Shown here in pieces: positions 27,243 through 36,906 of a stretch of DNA of 52,982 nucleotides (its first letter is position 1; every line of letters begins with the position of its first letter). The notes under the pieces were generated by a model that saw only the letters and a list, made by a program, of their open reading frames with translations, searched no databases and was not told where the DNA came from. The DNA lies in contig NCGI01000002.1 of the NCBI GenBank assembly GCA_002256925.1, forward strand, positions 1 to 52,982, given 5' to 3'. Both the position numbers and the translations under genes were made by a program. The stretch comes from Polaromonas sp. 28-63-22 (GTDB taxonomy: Bacteria > Pseudomonadota > Gammaproteobacteria > Burkholderiales > Burkholderiaceae_C).

Positions 27243-29570
27243 ATGACGATTTATCGCGCGCCTGGCAAAGGCCGGCTCAACCTCGGTCTGGCGGCCCTCC
27301 ATGTGCGCGGCGGCAACGCTGCGCCAGTGGCCGAGTCGCTGCTGTTCGCCCGCTCGGCTGTTGGTCTGGCGGCGGCGGCGGCCGCCCAGGCCAGCTCCAG
27401 CGCAAACCTGAGCGCGGCTGCGGGCGGGCTGCCGCTCAATGCGTGGTCAAACCAGTCCATCGGCCTGGGCTTCTGGACCATCTCGGCCTATGGCGGGGGG
27501 AATTTCCTGGCCGTGGACACGAACAATGCCGCGCAGTGCGCCGCGTCGCCAGACGGCCGCAACTTCGCTGTGCGGGCCATGCCGGCCGGCTTCTGGGCGG
27601 CGATGTGCTATGCCGGCGACCGGCATGTCATCACGCCGAACTATGGCGGCAGCACGGCGCTCTACACGCTCGACGGCGGGCTTAATTTCTTCACGTCCGC
27701 CTTACCGTCGGCCCAGAGCTGGCAGGGTGTGGACCACGGCAACGGCGTGACAGTGGCGGTGAGCGACACCGGCGCTGGCGCGCGCTCGACCGACAAGGGT
27801 GTGAGCTGGCAGGCCGTGGCGCTGCCGGCCGGCAACTGGGCCTCGATCCGCACCGACGGCGCGGGCACCTGGCTGGCGACGGCGGCGGGCAGCAGCAATG
27901 CCGCTGCGCTGTCGACCGACAACGGACTGAGCTTTACCGCCATCACCCTGCCGGCGACGGCCTTCTGGGCTCGCCCGGCTTATGGTGGCGGCCGCTGGGT
28001 GCTGGTGACCGGCTACAACCTGAGCGGCACGGGCGCCAGCACGGCGGTGGCGGCGGGCGCGAACCCGGCCGCCCTGACGCTGTACCCGGCGGCGCTGCCG
28101 GCAGCGCGCGCCTGGTCGGACGTGGCCTATGGCGGCGGCCAGTTCATGGCCTGCGAACCCTTCAACGGCGATGTGACGGCGCGCACGACTGATCCGACGG
28201 TAGCCTGGACGTCAGACGCCACGGCCACGGCAGCCAATTACTACGCGGTGGCTTATGGCAACAATGCTTTTGTGGCGACGGGCGCCACGCTGGCCAATGC
28301 ATCAACCACCGTGGTCAATGCCTACGGCCTGGCGCCGGCTGCCATGCTGGCGGCCATCGTCTCGGCCCAGGCCAGCGCCACGGCTGCCCTGAGCCTGCTT
28401 AAAACCCTGCAAGCCGCTGCGGCGGGTCAGGCCGTGGCCACGGCCGATCTTTCGGTGGCAGCCGGCGGCGTGCCGATCAGCCTGGCGGCGGCTGCGATCG
28501 CGCAGGCAAGCGCCGCCGCATTGCTGGCCAAGGTGGCTGGCCTGGCGGCTTCGGCGCAAGGCCAGGCCACGGGCGCTGCCGCCCTGGCGCAGGGTGTGAA
28601 CCTGGCGGCCGCTGCGGCTGGCGCGGCGACGGGCACGGCGCAACTGTTCAAAAGCGCAAGCCTTTCGGCGGCGGCGGTCTCGGTGGCGACCAGCACGGGC
28701 AGCCTCAGTCTGGCCGTGCCGCTGGCGGCCACGGCGGTAGCCACGGCGGTTTCTGCTGGGCAGCTTTCCATCACGGTGGTGCTGGGCGCGGCGGCGATTG
28801 GCAATGCGGCGGCAGCGGCCGCGCTGGCGTTGGGTAAGCCGCTGGCCGGCGGTGCGCAGGGCGCGGCAGCCGCTTCGGCCGATCTTTCAACCGGTGGCAA
28901 CACCGCGCTGGCGGCAGCGGCGCAAGGCAATGCGGCCGGCAACGCCAGCCTGGCACTGGCCGTGCCGCTGAGTGCGGCGGCCATCGGCCAGGCCCAGGCC
29001 GGCGCTTTGCTGGCCGCCGGCAAGCCGCTGGCGGCCAATGCCCAGGCGCAGGCCGCCGCCACGGCTGCGCTGGCCGTCAGCATGCTGCAAAGCCTGGCGG
29101 CCAGTGCCCAGGGTGGTGCCGGCGCGACGGCTTCGCTGCAGGTGGGCAGCCTGCAAAGCCTGACGGCGGCGGCGCTGGCCCAGGCCACTGGCGGCGCGAC
29201 GCTGTGGCTGCAGGTGAGTCTGTCGGCCGATGCGCTGGCGCAGGCCGTGGCGAGCGGCAGCCTGATGCTGTCGATCCCCTTGACAGCGGCGGCGCTGGCC
29301 ACGGCGCAGGCCGGCGGCTCACTGGCGCTGGACGTGGCCCTGGCGGCCGACGCGCAGGGTGCCAGCCAGGCGGCAGCCGCCCTGCAGATCGGCGCACCCG
29401 AGCTGGCGGGAACGGCTGGCTATGTGGCGCGCTGCGCGCTGCGCCGCTGGCAGGCCGACGGCAAGCCGCGCCGCTACGCCGTGCACGGCGGGGGGCGCGC
29501 CTGGTGCGCCACGGGCCGGCCGCGCCACTACGGCGCTGCGGCGCCGGGCCGTGCCTGGAGGGCTGCCTGA
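27243..29570 (+). CDS. Large fibre/adhesin-like protein: BNR/sialidase-like repeats, Ala-rich repeat stalk, Arg-rich C-terminus
   Basis: S.DG..W / STDKGVSW / STDNGLSF Asp-box repeats and W..VAYG.G.F repeats, then about 20-22-aa LAA.A...A.A.A.L repeats. Confidence 0.65.
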   Translation: MTIYRAPGKGRLNLGLAALHVRGGNAAPVAESLLFARSAVGLAAAAAAQASSSANLSAAAGGLPLNAWSNQSIGLGFWTISAYGGGNFLAVDTNNAAQCAASPDGRNFAVRAMPAGFWAAMCYAGDRHVITPNYGGSTALYTLDGGLNFFTSALPSAQSWQGVDHGNGVTVAVSDTGAGARSTDKGVSWQAVALPAGNWASIRTDGAGTWLATAAGSSNAAALSTDNGLSFTAITLPATAFWARPAYGGGRWVLVTGYNLSGTGASTAVAAGANPAALTLYPAALPAARAWSDVAYGGGQFMACEPFNGDVTARTTDPTVAWTSDATATAANYYAVAYGNNAFVATGATLANASTTVVNAYGLAPAAMLAAIVSAQASATAALSLLKTLQAAAAGQAVATADLSVAAGGVPISLAAAAIAQASAAALLAKVAGLAASAQGQATGAAALAQGVNLAAAAAGAATGTAQLFKSASLSAAAVSVATSTGSLSLAVPLAATAVATAVSAGQLSITVVLGAAAIGNAAAAAALALGKPLAGGAQGAAAASADLSTGGNTALAAAAQGNAAGNASLALAVPLSAAAIGQAQAGALLAAGKPLAANAQAQAAATAALAVSMLQSLAASAQGGAGATASLQVGSLQSLTAAALAQATGGATLWLQVSLSADALAQAVASGSLMLSIPLTAAALATAQAGGSLALDVALAADAQGASQAAAALQIGAPELAGTAGYVARCALRRWQADGKPRRYAVHGGGRAWCATGRPRHYGAAAPGRAWRAA

Positions 29571-29881
29571 TGCTGATCGATGCGACCACCTGGCCGGCCA
29601 AGTACACCGTGGAACGGGTGACAGCCGAGTTTGACTTTTCAAAGGACCTGGCCGCCGGCGACAGCGTCGTGAGCGTGCAGCTGCTGGTGACGACCGTGGC
29701 CGGCGCGGATGCTGCGCCGGCTGCACTGCTGTTCGGCGCGGCGCAGCTCAAGGGCGCGCGGGCGTTCCAGCAGCTGCAGGGCGGCCTGGCCGGCTGCAGC
29801 TACCGCATCGATTGCCGTGCCACCACGGCGAATAACAACCTGCTGGTGCTGGCGCGTGTGCTGCCGGTGCTGGCGCTCTGA
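29570..29881 (+). CDS. Putative fibre adaptor protein
   Basis: WPAK...E.....FDFS..L..GD.....GG..G.SYRI.C..TT pattern; ATG overlaps the stop of the previous gene. Confidence 0.55.
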   Translation: MLIDATTWPAKYTVERVTAEFDFSKDLAAGDSVVSVQLLVTTVAGADAAPAALLFGAAQLKGARAFQQLQGGLAGCSYRIDCRATTANNNLLVLARVLPVLAL

Positions 29882-29902
29882 GATGTTTTGAAAGTGATCA
29901 AG

Positions 29903-30268
29903 ATGGACATGGATTACAAGGCGGCGGCGTTTTACCTGGACGTGCTGCAGTGGCTGTCGATCGGGCTGATCGCGGTCTGGGGCTACATCCGCTCAAAGGA
30001 CAGCGACAACAACCGCGCCATCAGCAAGGTGGCCAACGAACTGGCCGATTTCATCGAATCGAGCCGTGCCGCCAACGAAGACCAGAACAACCGGCTAACG
30101 ATGCTGCAGGAAAAAGTCAGCCACCTGCCGACCGAGCAGGACGTGGCCCACCTGAGCAATGACATGTCGAGCGTGAAGGCGCAGATCAATGGCATGGCGA
30201 GCCTGCTGAGCCGCGTTGAGCACCAGACCAACCTGATCCACGACCACCTGCTGAACAAACCCCGGTAA
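29903..30268 (+). CDS. DUF2730 / Mu gp25-like protein
   Basis: N-terminal TM, coiled coil and HLPT motif; precedes gp26-27-28. Confidence 0.7.
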   Translation: MDMDYKAAAFYLDVLQWLSIGLIAVWGYIRSKDSDNNRAISKVANELADFIESSRAANEDQNNRLTMLQEKVSHLPTEQDVAHLSNDMSSVKAQINGMASLLSRVEHQTNLIHDHLLNKPR

Positions 30269-30274
30269 CGCCTG

Positions 30275-30568
30275 ATGAGCTTTCAAACCACGATGACCGA
30301 AGACCGCCGCCTGAGCCTGCTGCTGGTGCTTGGCGAAACGCCGGGCTACAGCGCCAACGCGTTTTTGCTGCGCGACGCGATCGGGCAGATCTATGGCCAC
30401 AACGCCAGCATTGACCAGGTGGTGGGCGACATCGCCTGGCTCGCCGAGCAGCAGCTGGTGACGTCGCGCAAGGCCGGTGATGTCACGCTGGCCACCCTGA
30501 CGGCGCGCGGCGCCGACGCTGCTACGGGCCGGGCCCACGTGCCCGGCGTCAAACGGCCGATGCCCTGA
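30275..30568 (+). CDS. Mu gp26-like protein
   Basis: EDRRL.LL..L, WLAEQ.LV, LT.RG.D.A.GR...PGVKRP signature. Confidence 0.85.
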   Translation: MSFQTTMTEDRRLSLLLVLGETPGYSANAFLLRDAIGQIYGHNASIDQVVGDIAWLAEQQLVTSRKAGDVTLATLTARGADAATGRAHVPGVKRPMP

Positions 30569-30580
30569 AGGCGCCTTGAC

Positions 30581-31153
30581 ATGACCGAACAAAGCACTTT
30601 CAAGCGCAAGCCTTCGCGCCCCAGTCTGATCACCAAGCTGGACCCGGCCATCAAGGCCGCCGTGGACACGGCGGTGCGCGAGGGCCGCGCCACGATTGAT
30701 GAGATCGTGCTGCTAGTGGACCAGCTGGGCGGCGAAGCCAGCCGCTCCAGCGTGGGCCGCTACGTGAAAAACGCCCGCGAGCGCATGGAAGATTACCGCC
30801 AGGCGACGCAGGTGGCTGCGGTGTGGGTGGACAAGCTGGGCAAGGAGCCCGAGGGCGACGTGGGCCGCATGCTGCTGGAGATGCTGCGCGTGGTGGCGTT
30901 CAAGACCATTGGCGAGATTGACCAGGCCAGCCCGGAAGACCTGATGTTCCTGGGCAAGGCGATCAAGGATTTTGCGAGTGCCGACAAGCTGGCGGTGGAT
31001 AAGGCGTTTGCGGTTCGCAAGCTGATCGCCGACGAGGCCGCCAAGGTGGCCAGCGAAGTGGTGAAGACCGTGAAAAAGGCCGGGCTGACCGATGAAACCG
31101 TTGAGCACATCCGTGCGCGCATCCTCGGCATTTCGGAAGCGAAGAAGGCATGA
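30581..31153 (+). CDS. Mu gp27-like (DUF3486) putative small terminase subunit
   Basis: SLITKL, SRSSVGRY and IRARILGI pattern; directly before TerL. Confidence 0.82.
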   Translation: MTEQSTFKRKPSRPSLITKLDPAIKAAVDTAVREGRATIDEIVLLVDQLGGEASRSSVGRYVKNARERMEDYRQATQVAAVWVDKLGKEPEGDVGRMLLEMLRVVAFKTIGEIDQASPEDLMFLGKAIKDFASADKLAVDKAFAVRKLIADEAAKVASEVVKTVKKAGLTDETVEHIRARILGISEAKKA

Positions 31154-32742
31154 GTACTCCGGCCGTCAGCATCGTCACGCCTGAGATGGCGGCGCTGGCC
31201 AGCAGCATCGACTACAAGCTGGACCAGCGCGCGCCGGCCGTGCTGCTGCCCTACCAGCAGCGCTGGCTGGCCGACAAGAGCCAGGTGAAGGTGGTCGAGA
31301 AAAGCCGCCGGATTGGTCTGAGCTGGGCCGAGGCCTGCGACTCGGTGCTGTGCGCCGCCGCCGCCAGCGGGCAGGATGTCTGGTACATCGGCTACGTGAA
31401 AGACATGGCGATCGAGTTCATTCTGGATTGCGCGCAGTGGGCCGAGCACTTCAACAGCGTGGCCGAAGCGATCGAGGTGAGCGAAGAGTTGTGGCTGGAG
31501 GGCGAGGAAAAGAAAAGCGTTTTTGCCTTCAGCATCAAGTTTGCCAGCGGCAACCGCATCACCGCGCTGTCCAGCAAGCCGCGCAACCTGCGCGGCAAGC
31601 AGGGGCGCGTGATCCTGGACGAAGCGGCCTTCCATGAAGCCCAGGGCGAGATATTGAAGGCGGCGATGGCGCTGCTGATCTGGGGTGGCGACCTGCGCAT
31701 CATCAGCACGCACGACGGCGACGACAACCCCTTTAACCAGCTCATTAAAGACACGCGCGCCGGCCGCTTTCCGTACAGCGTGCACCGCTTCACCTTCAGC
31801 GAGGCACTGGCCGAGGGCCTGTATGCGCGGATCTGCCTGCGCACCGGCGAAGACTGGACCGCCGAAGGCCAGGCGGCCTGGGAGGCGAAGATCCGAGCCA
31901 ACTATGGCGACGACGCCGAGGAAGAGCTGGACTGCGTGCCGAAGAACGGTACCGGCGCCTTTCTGACCCGCGAGCTGGTCGAGCGCGCAATGCGGCCGGG
32001 CTGGCCGGTGCTGCGCGACCAGCGCAAGCCCGAATTCACCTGGCTGCCCAGCCACACCCGCAAGGGCGAGATTCTGGACTGGTGCGAGGAGCACCTGCAG
32101 CCCTTGTGCGCGGCGCTCGACGAAACGCATGTGAGCTTCGTCGGCGGCGACTTTGCCCGCACCGGCGACTTGTCGGACTTTGCGCCGCTGCTGCAGCGGC
32201 AAAACCTCAAGCGCTACATCCCTTTCATGATCGAGCTGCGCGGCATGCCGTTTGAGCAGCAGCTGCAGATCCTTTGGTACCTGATCGACCACCTGCCGCG
32301 CTTTGCCGGCGGCGCGCTCGATGCGCGCGGGCTGGGCTTCCAGATGGCCGAGCAGACGGCGCAGCGCTATGGCCAGACCCGAATCATCATGGTGCAGGCG
32401 ACGCAGCCGTGGTACCTGGAAAACCTGCCGCCCTACAAGGCTGCGTTCGAGGACAACCTGATCGAGTTGCCGATGGACGCCGACGTGCTGGCCGACCACC
32501 GGGTGCCGCGCGTGATCCGGGGCATTCCGCAGATCCCCGAGCTGCGCACCCAGGACGCACAGAAGAAAAAGCGCCACGGCGACAGCTTCATCGCCGGCGC
32601 GCTGGCCTGGCATGCCAGCCGCACGCTGGCCGGGCCGGGCAGCTACGGCTATGAGGCCGGACCGGCGCGCGCGACGCGCTGGGACGCGGCAGCGGGCGAA
32701 CAGGACGAAGATTTCACCGCATCGAACAGCGGTGCGTGGTAA
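31150..32742 (+). CDS. Terminase large subunit (Mu gp28-like)
   Basis: LLPYQQRW, EKSRRIGLSW, LRGKQG.VILDEAAFH, ISTH.G and HGDSFIA motifs. Confidence 0.93.
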   Translation: MSTPAVSIVTPEMAALASSIDYKLDQRAPAVLLPYQQRWLADKSQVKVVEKSRRIGLSWAEACDSVLCAAAASGQDVWYIGYVKDMAIEFILDCAQWAEHFNSVAEAIEVSEELWLEGEEKKSVFAFSIKFASGNRITALSSKPRNLRGKQGRVILDEAAFHEAQGEILKAAMALLIWGGDLRIISTHDGDDNPFNQLIKDTRAGRFPYSVHRFTFSEALAEGLYARICLRTGEDWTAEGQAAWEAKIRANYGDDAEEELDCVPKNGTGAFLTRELVERAMRPGWPVLRDQRKPEFTWLPSHTRKGEILDWCEEHLQPLCAALDETHVSFVGGDFARTGDLSDFAPLLQRQNLKRYIPFMIELRGMPFEQQLQILWYLIDHLPRFAGGALDARGLGFQMAEQTAQRYGQTRIIMVQATQPWYLENLPPYKAAFEDNLIELPMDADVLADHRVPRVIRGIPQIPELRTQDAQKKKRHGDSFIAGALAWHASRTLAGPGSYGYEAGPARATRWDAAAGEQDEDFTASNSGAW

Positions 32743-32755
32743 CGAAAGACAGAAC

Positions 32756-34336
32756 ATGGCCATCCTTGACCAATTCGGCAAACCCATTGAGCGCGCGCAG
32801 CTGCAGGAACCGCAGACGGCCAGCCTGGGCTATCTGCGCAGCGAGTATGAGCGCCACCCGAGCCGGGGCCTGACGCCGCCACGGCTGGCCAGCATTTTGC
32901 AAAGGGCCGAGCAGGGTGACCTGATCGGCCAGCATGAGCTGTTCCAGGACATGGAAGAAAAAGACGCGCACCTGTACAGCTGCATGCAGACGCGCCGGCT
33001 GGCGCTGCAGGGCCTGGACTGGGACATCGTGCCGCCTGACAACGCGACGGCTGCCGAACAGGCGCTGGCCGAATATGCCGAAGAGGCGCTGCGCGGCATT
33101 CAGGATTTTGAAGACCTGGTGTTCGACATGACGGACGGCATCGGACACGGCTTTGCCGCCCTTGAGCTGACCTGGCGTAATGTGCGCGGGCAGCTGCTGC
33201 CGACCAACGCCACGCACCGGCCGCAGGCATGGTTCAAGATGTCGCAAAACCCGGCGCTGGACCGCAATGAGCTGCGGCTGCGCGATGTCAGCGTGGATGG
33301 CGCGGCGCTGCTGCCGTTCGGCTGGTTGCTGCACCAGCACCGGGCGCGCAGCGGCTACACGGCGCGTACCGGGCTGTTCCGCGTGCTGGCCTGGCCGTTT
33401 CTGTTCAAAAACTTTGCCGTGCGCGACCTGGCCGAGTTTCTGGAGATCTATGGCCTGCCACTGCGCGTGGGCACCTACAACCCAAGCGCGTCGAAGGACG
33501 ACAAGGCCACGCTACTGCGGGCCGTGGTGAATATTGGCCACGACGCGGCCGCCATCATTCCCGAGGGGATGATGATCGACTTCAAGAACGCGGCGACCGG
33601 CGACAACAAGAGTTTTGACGCGATGATCAGCCTGATGGAGCGCTCGATGAGCAAGGCCATCCTGGGCGGTACGCTGACCAGTGGCGAAGGCCAGAACGGC
33701 ACCCAGGCGCTGGGCAATGTGCACAACGAACTGCGCCACGACCTGCGCGATGCCGACGCCAAGCAGCTGGGCGCCACGCTGACGCGCCAGCTGGTCTATC
33801 CGATCCTGGCCGTCAACAAGGGCCTGGGCGATCTGGCGCGCTGCCCGCGCCTGGTGTTCGACACCCAGGAGGCCGAGGATCTGAAGCTTTACAGCGAAGC
33901 CGTGCCCAAGCTGGTGGCGATCGGCATGAAGGTGCCGGTGCACTGGGCGCACACCAAGCTGAAGATCCCGCAGGCCGACGAAGGCGAGGAGGTGCTGGTG
34001 GTGGCGAGCCCGGCCGACACGCTGCCGCTGGCCGAGCGGCCGCTCCAACCTGTCAAGCCTGGCAAGGCGGCGTTGAAGGCCGATATGCCGGCGGCTCGCG
34101 AGGCCGACGAACTCGACGAGCTGGTGCAGGCCATGCTGGGCGACTGGCAGGAGGTGATGGGCGCCACCCTGGCGCCGGTGCAGGCCGCGTTGGCCAGCGC
34201 CAGCAGCCTGCAGGAATTCCGCGACGGCCTGGAGGCGGCGATCACGCAGATCCCGCCGGCGCAGCTGGTCGAGCTGCTGGCGCGCGGGCAGTTTGGCGCG
34301 CGGGCCTGGGGCCGGGTCAACCAGGTCAAAAAGTGA
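32756..34336 (+). CDS. Portal protein (Mu gp29, DUF935)
   Basis: ILDQFG.P, GLTP.RLA.IL..AE.G, DMEEKDAHL, FLEIYGLP and SKAILGGTLT motifs. Confidence 0.93.
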   Translation: MAILDQFGKPIERAQLQEPQTASLGYLRSEYERHPSRGLTPPRLASILQRAEQGDLIGQHELFQDMEEKDAHLYSCMQTRRLALQGLDWDIVPPDNATAAEQALAEYAEEALRGIQDFEDLVFDMTDGIGHGFAALELTWRNVRGQLLPTNATHRPQAWFKMSQNPALDRNELRLRDVSVDGAALLPFGWLLHQHRARSGYTARTGLFRVLAWPFLFKNFAVRDLAEFLEIYGLPLRVGTYNPSASKDDKATLLRAVVNIGHDAAAIIPEGMMIDFKNAATGDNKSFDAMISLMERSMSKAILGGTLTSGEGQNGTQALGNVHNELRHDLRDADAKQLGATLTRQLVYPILAVNKGLGDLARCPRLVFDTQEAEDLKLYSEAVPKLVAIGMKVPVHWAHTKLKIPQADEGEEVLVVASPADTLPLAERPLQPVKPGKAALKADMPAAREADELDELVQAMLGDWQEVMGATLAPVQAALASASSLQEFRDGLEAAITQIPPAQLVELLARGQFGARAWGRVNQVKK

Positions 34337-34503
34337 GCCTGGGCTGGCTACCGGATTCCGGGCAAAATCCGGCCGACCCGCACCTACCCCCCCAGATTTC
34401 GGCCAGCGCGGGAGTTAAAGGGGTATTTAAGGGGTCTATTTCGATGTTTGAGGCCGACCGACCGCCGCCTTTTTGCACCAAAACCGGTCATTGGGGTTTT
34501 TGA

Positions 34504-35292
34504 GTGGCTTCAAAGATCGATTTAAAACCCATCCTGGCGGCCGTCAATCCCGAAGAGGCGATGGCCTTTTTCCGGCAAAAGGGCTACCGGCTCGGCTTTG
34601 ACTTCCGCGATGTCTGGCAGCAGGAGCACCAGATGGGCTTCACCGTGGCCAAGGCGATGCAGCTCGATCTGCTGGTCGAGATTCGCCAGTTCGTGGACGA
34701 TGCCCTGGCCAACGGCACCACGCTGGCCACCTTTCAAAAAGAACTGATACCGAGGCTGCAGGCGCGCGGCTGGTGGGGCCGGCAGGAGGCGGTGGATCCG
34801 CTCGACGGTGAAACCAAGCTGGTGCAGCTGGGCAGCCCGCGCCGGCTGGAAGTGATTTTCGATACCAACCTGGCCACCGCTTATAGTGAAGGCCAGTGGG
34901 AGCGCATCCAGCGCAACCGCGAGCTATTCCCGTTCCTGGAATACGTTCGCACTGCATCCATCAACCCGCGCCACACCCACCTGGCCTATGCCGGGCTGGT
35001 GCTGCGGGCCGATGACGCGTTCTGGCAGTCGCACCTGCCGATCAAGGAGTGGGGCTGCAAATGCACCGTGGTGCAGCACAGCCAGCGCATGCTGGACCGG
35101 GAAGGGCTGGCCGTGGGCAAGGCGCCGCCGGAGGTGATGCGCGAGGTGGTGAACAAGCGCACCGGCGAAGTGATGCAGGTGCCGGTCGGTGTGGACCCGG
35201 CCTTTCACTACCCGCCTGGTGGCCGCCAGGCGCACCTGGACAAGATGCTGGCCGACAAGCAGGCTGGTGCCAACAAAGCCCCAACGAAGTAA
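34504..35292 (+). CDS. Head morphogenesis protein (Mu gpF/gp30)
   Basis: FTVAKAMQLDLL, GWWG, RRLEVIFDTN, R..H and WGCKC motifs. Confidence 0.88.
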   Translation: MASKIDLKPILAAVNPEEAMAFFRQKGYRLGFDFRDVWQQEHQMGFTVAKAMQLDLLVEIRQFVDDALANGTTLATFQKELIPRLQARGWWGRQEAVDPLDGETKLVQLGSPRRLEVIFDTNLATAYSEGQWERIQRNRELFPFLEYVRTASINPRHTHLAYAGLVLRADDAFWQSHLPIKEWGCKCTVVQHSQRMLDREGLAVGKAPPEVMREVVNKRTGEVMQVPVGVDPAFHYPPGGRQAHLDKMLADKQAGANKAPTK

Positions 35293-35340
35293 ACCGTTTA
35301 AGTATTGATCGGGGTGTCATCGCGCGACGATGGGCACCTC

Positions 35341-36438
35341 ATGAAGAACGGCCTCGCGCAACTCAAGAAAACGGGCAAGCCCGGCAATATTGCCGCGCTG
35401 ACCTTTCGCGTCAGCGCTACGCCCGGCGCCGACGTACAGCTGCTGCCGGCTGGTGAATTCAAAGCGGTCGATGAACGGCCGATGCCCTGGGGCACCTGGA
35501 AGCTGGACGGCAGCAATGCGCCGGCCGTGATTGCCCTGGCGAAAGCGCGTGCGAACGAATTCGTCATCGACTACGAGCACCAGACCCAGCTGGCCGACAT
35601 GAACGGCCAGCCGGCGCCGGCTGCCGGCTGGTTCAAGGGCGTCGAGTACCGGCCCGGCAAGGGCTTGTTTGCCACCGACGTGCGCTGGACCGCGCGCGCC
35701 AGTGCTTTCATTGCGGCCGACGAATACAAATACATCAGCGCGGTGTTCGCGTTTGACCTGGACACCGGCCATGTGCAGCGCCTGGTGTGCGCCGCCCTCA
35801 CCAACAACCCGGCTTTGCACGGCATGGACGAAGTCCAGCTGGCTGCATTGACCGCCCGCTTTTCAACGGCCGATACCGACCCGGCTTCCCACACGGTCGA
35901 TAACCCTTCGGAGAAATTGATGAATCCTGTATTGCTTGCGCTGCTGAAGGCCCTGGGCCTGGCTGAAAGCGCCACTGAAGTTGAGGCGGTGTCGGCCGTG
36001 GCCGTGCTGAAGGCGCAAGCCGCCAGCGTGGACGGACTCAACACCCAGATCGCGACGCTGAAGACGGCTGCGCCCGACGCGTCGAAGTACGTCAGTCTCG
36101 AAAAGTACAACGAACTCAATACGCAGATCGCCGCGCTTAAAAGCGCGGACGTCAAGCGCGAGGTCGATGCCCTGATTGACCGGGCCAAAGCTGAGGGCAA
36201 ACTGGTTCCGGCGGCCGAACAGGCCTGGCGCGATGCTGGTCTGGCAAACATCGCAACGCTCAAAAGCATGGTCGAGCTGACGCCTGGCAATGCGGTGCTG
36301 GCGGGCGGCAGCCAGACCGGCGGCAAGAGCCCTACGGGCAATGCCACCGGCTTGAGCGTGGAAGAGATCGCCATCTGCAAACAGCTGGGCATCAAGCCTG
36401 AAGACTTCAAAGCCAACCAAGCCTCAGCAACCCTTTAA
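35341..36438 (+). CDS. Prohead protease I (Mu gp32) with an in-frame internal scaffold (Z) start at 35920
   Basis: IDYEHQT, APAAGW, EYKYISAVF and ALTNNPAL motifs; GGAG-N6-ATG at 35910-35922. Confidence 0.9.
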   Translation: MKNGLAQLKKTGKPGNIAALTFRVSATPGADVQLLPAGEFKAVDERPMPWGTWKLDGSNAPAVIALAKARANEFVIDYEHQTQLADMNGQPAPAAGWFKGVEYRPGKGLFATDVRWTARASAFIAADEYKYISAVFAFDLDTGHVQRLVCAALTNNPALHGMDEVQLAALTARFSTADTDPASHTVDNPSEKLMNPVLLALLKALGLAESATEVEAVSAVAVLKAQAASVDGLNTQIATLKTAAPDASKYVSLEKYNELNTQIAALKSADVKREVDALIDRAKAEGKLVPAAEQAWRDAGLANIATLKSMVELTPGNAVLAGGSQTGGKSPTGNATGLSVEEIAICKQLGIKPEDFKANQASATL

Positions 36439-36456
36439 ACGACAGGAACCCATCCC

Positions 36457-36876
36457 ATGCCAGCCCTTATTGCAGACCGCGACACCACGCGCCGCGACAA
36501 CCTTGTGCGCAATTTCCCCGTGAAAGGGGCCGTCAAACTTTTCGCGGGCAGCCTGGTCTGTCTGGATGCCACCGGCTTTGCCGTCAAGGGCGCGGCGTCA
36601 ACCACGCTCAAGGCGGTGGGTCGCGCCGAAGAGCAGGTCGACAACACGGCCGGCGCCGACGGCGCGCTGCGCGTCCCCGTTGCGACGGGCATTTTTCGTT
36701 TTGCCAACAGCGCGGCCGGCGACCTGATCGCCCTGGCCGATGTGGACAGCGTCTGCTTTGTCGTCGATGACCAGACCGTGGCCAAGACCAACGGCGCTGG
36801 CACACGCAGCCAGGCTGGCATCGTGCGTGATGTGGATGCCGGCGGCGTCTGGGTCGAAATCGGCGGCGCGCGCTAA
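36457..36876 (+). CDS. Capsid decoration/cement protein
   Basis: DNTAGADG, CFVVDDQTV and GVWV pattern; between protease and major capsid genes. Confidence 0.7.
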   Translation: MPALIADRDTTRRDNLVRNFPVKGAVKLFAGSLVCLDATGFAVKGAASTTLKAVGRAEEQVDNTAGADGALRVPVATGIFRFANSAAGDLIALADVDSVCFVVDDQTVAKTNGAGTRSQAGIVRDVDAGGVWVEIGGAR

Positions 36877-36906
36877 GCCCTCTCAACAAACCAACCGGAG
36901 CAATCA

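Noticed and set aside
28300-29400. Possible CRISPR array or DNA-level tandem repeat
   Set aside because: The repetition is degenerate and at protein level (Ala-rich); there are no identical repeats with unique spacers and no cas genes.
30793-32787. Long antisense ORFs (664 aa here; also 3855-5147, 20826-22133, 44187-45479, 47513-48829)
   Set aside because: These are shadow frames of well-supported genes in high-GC DNA, with no motifs.
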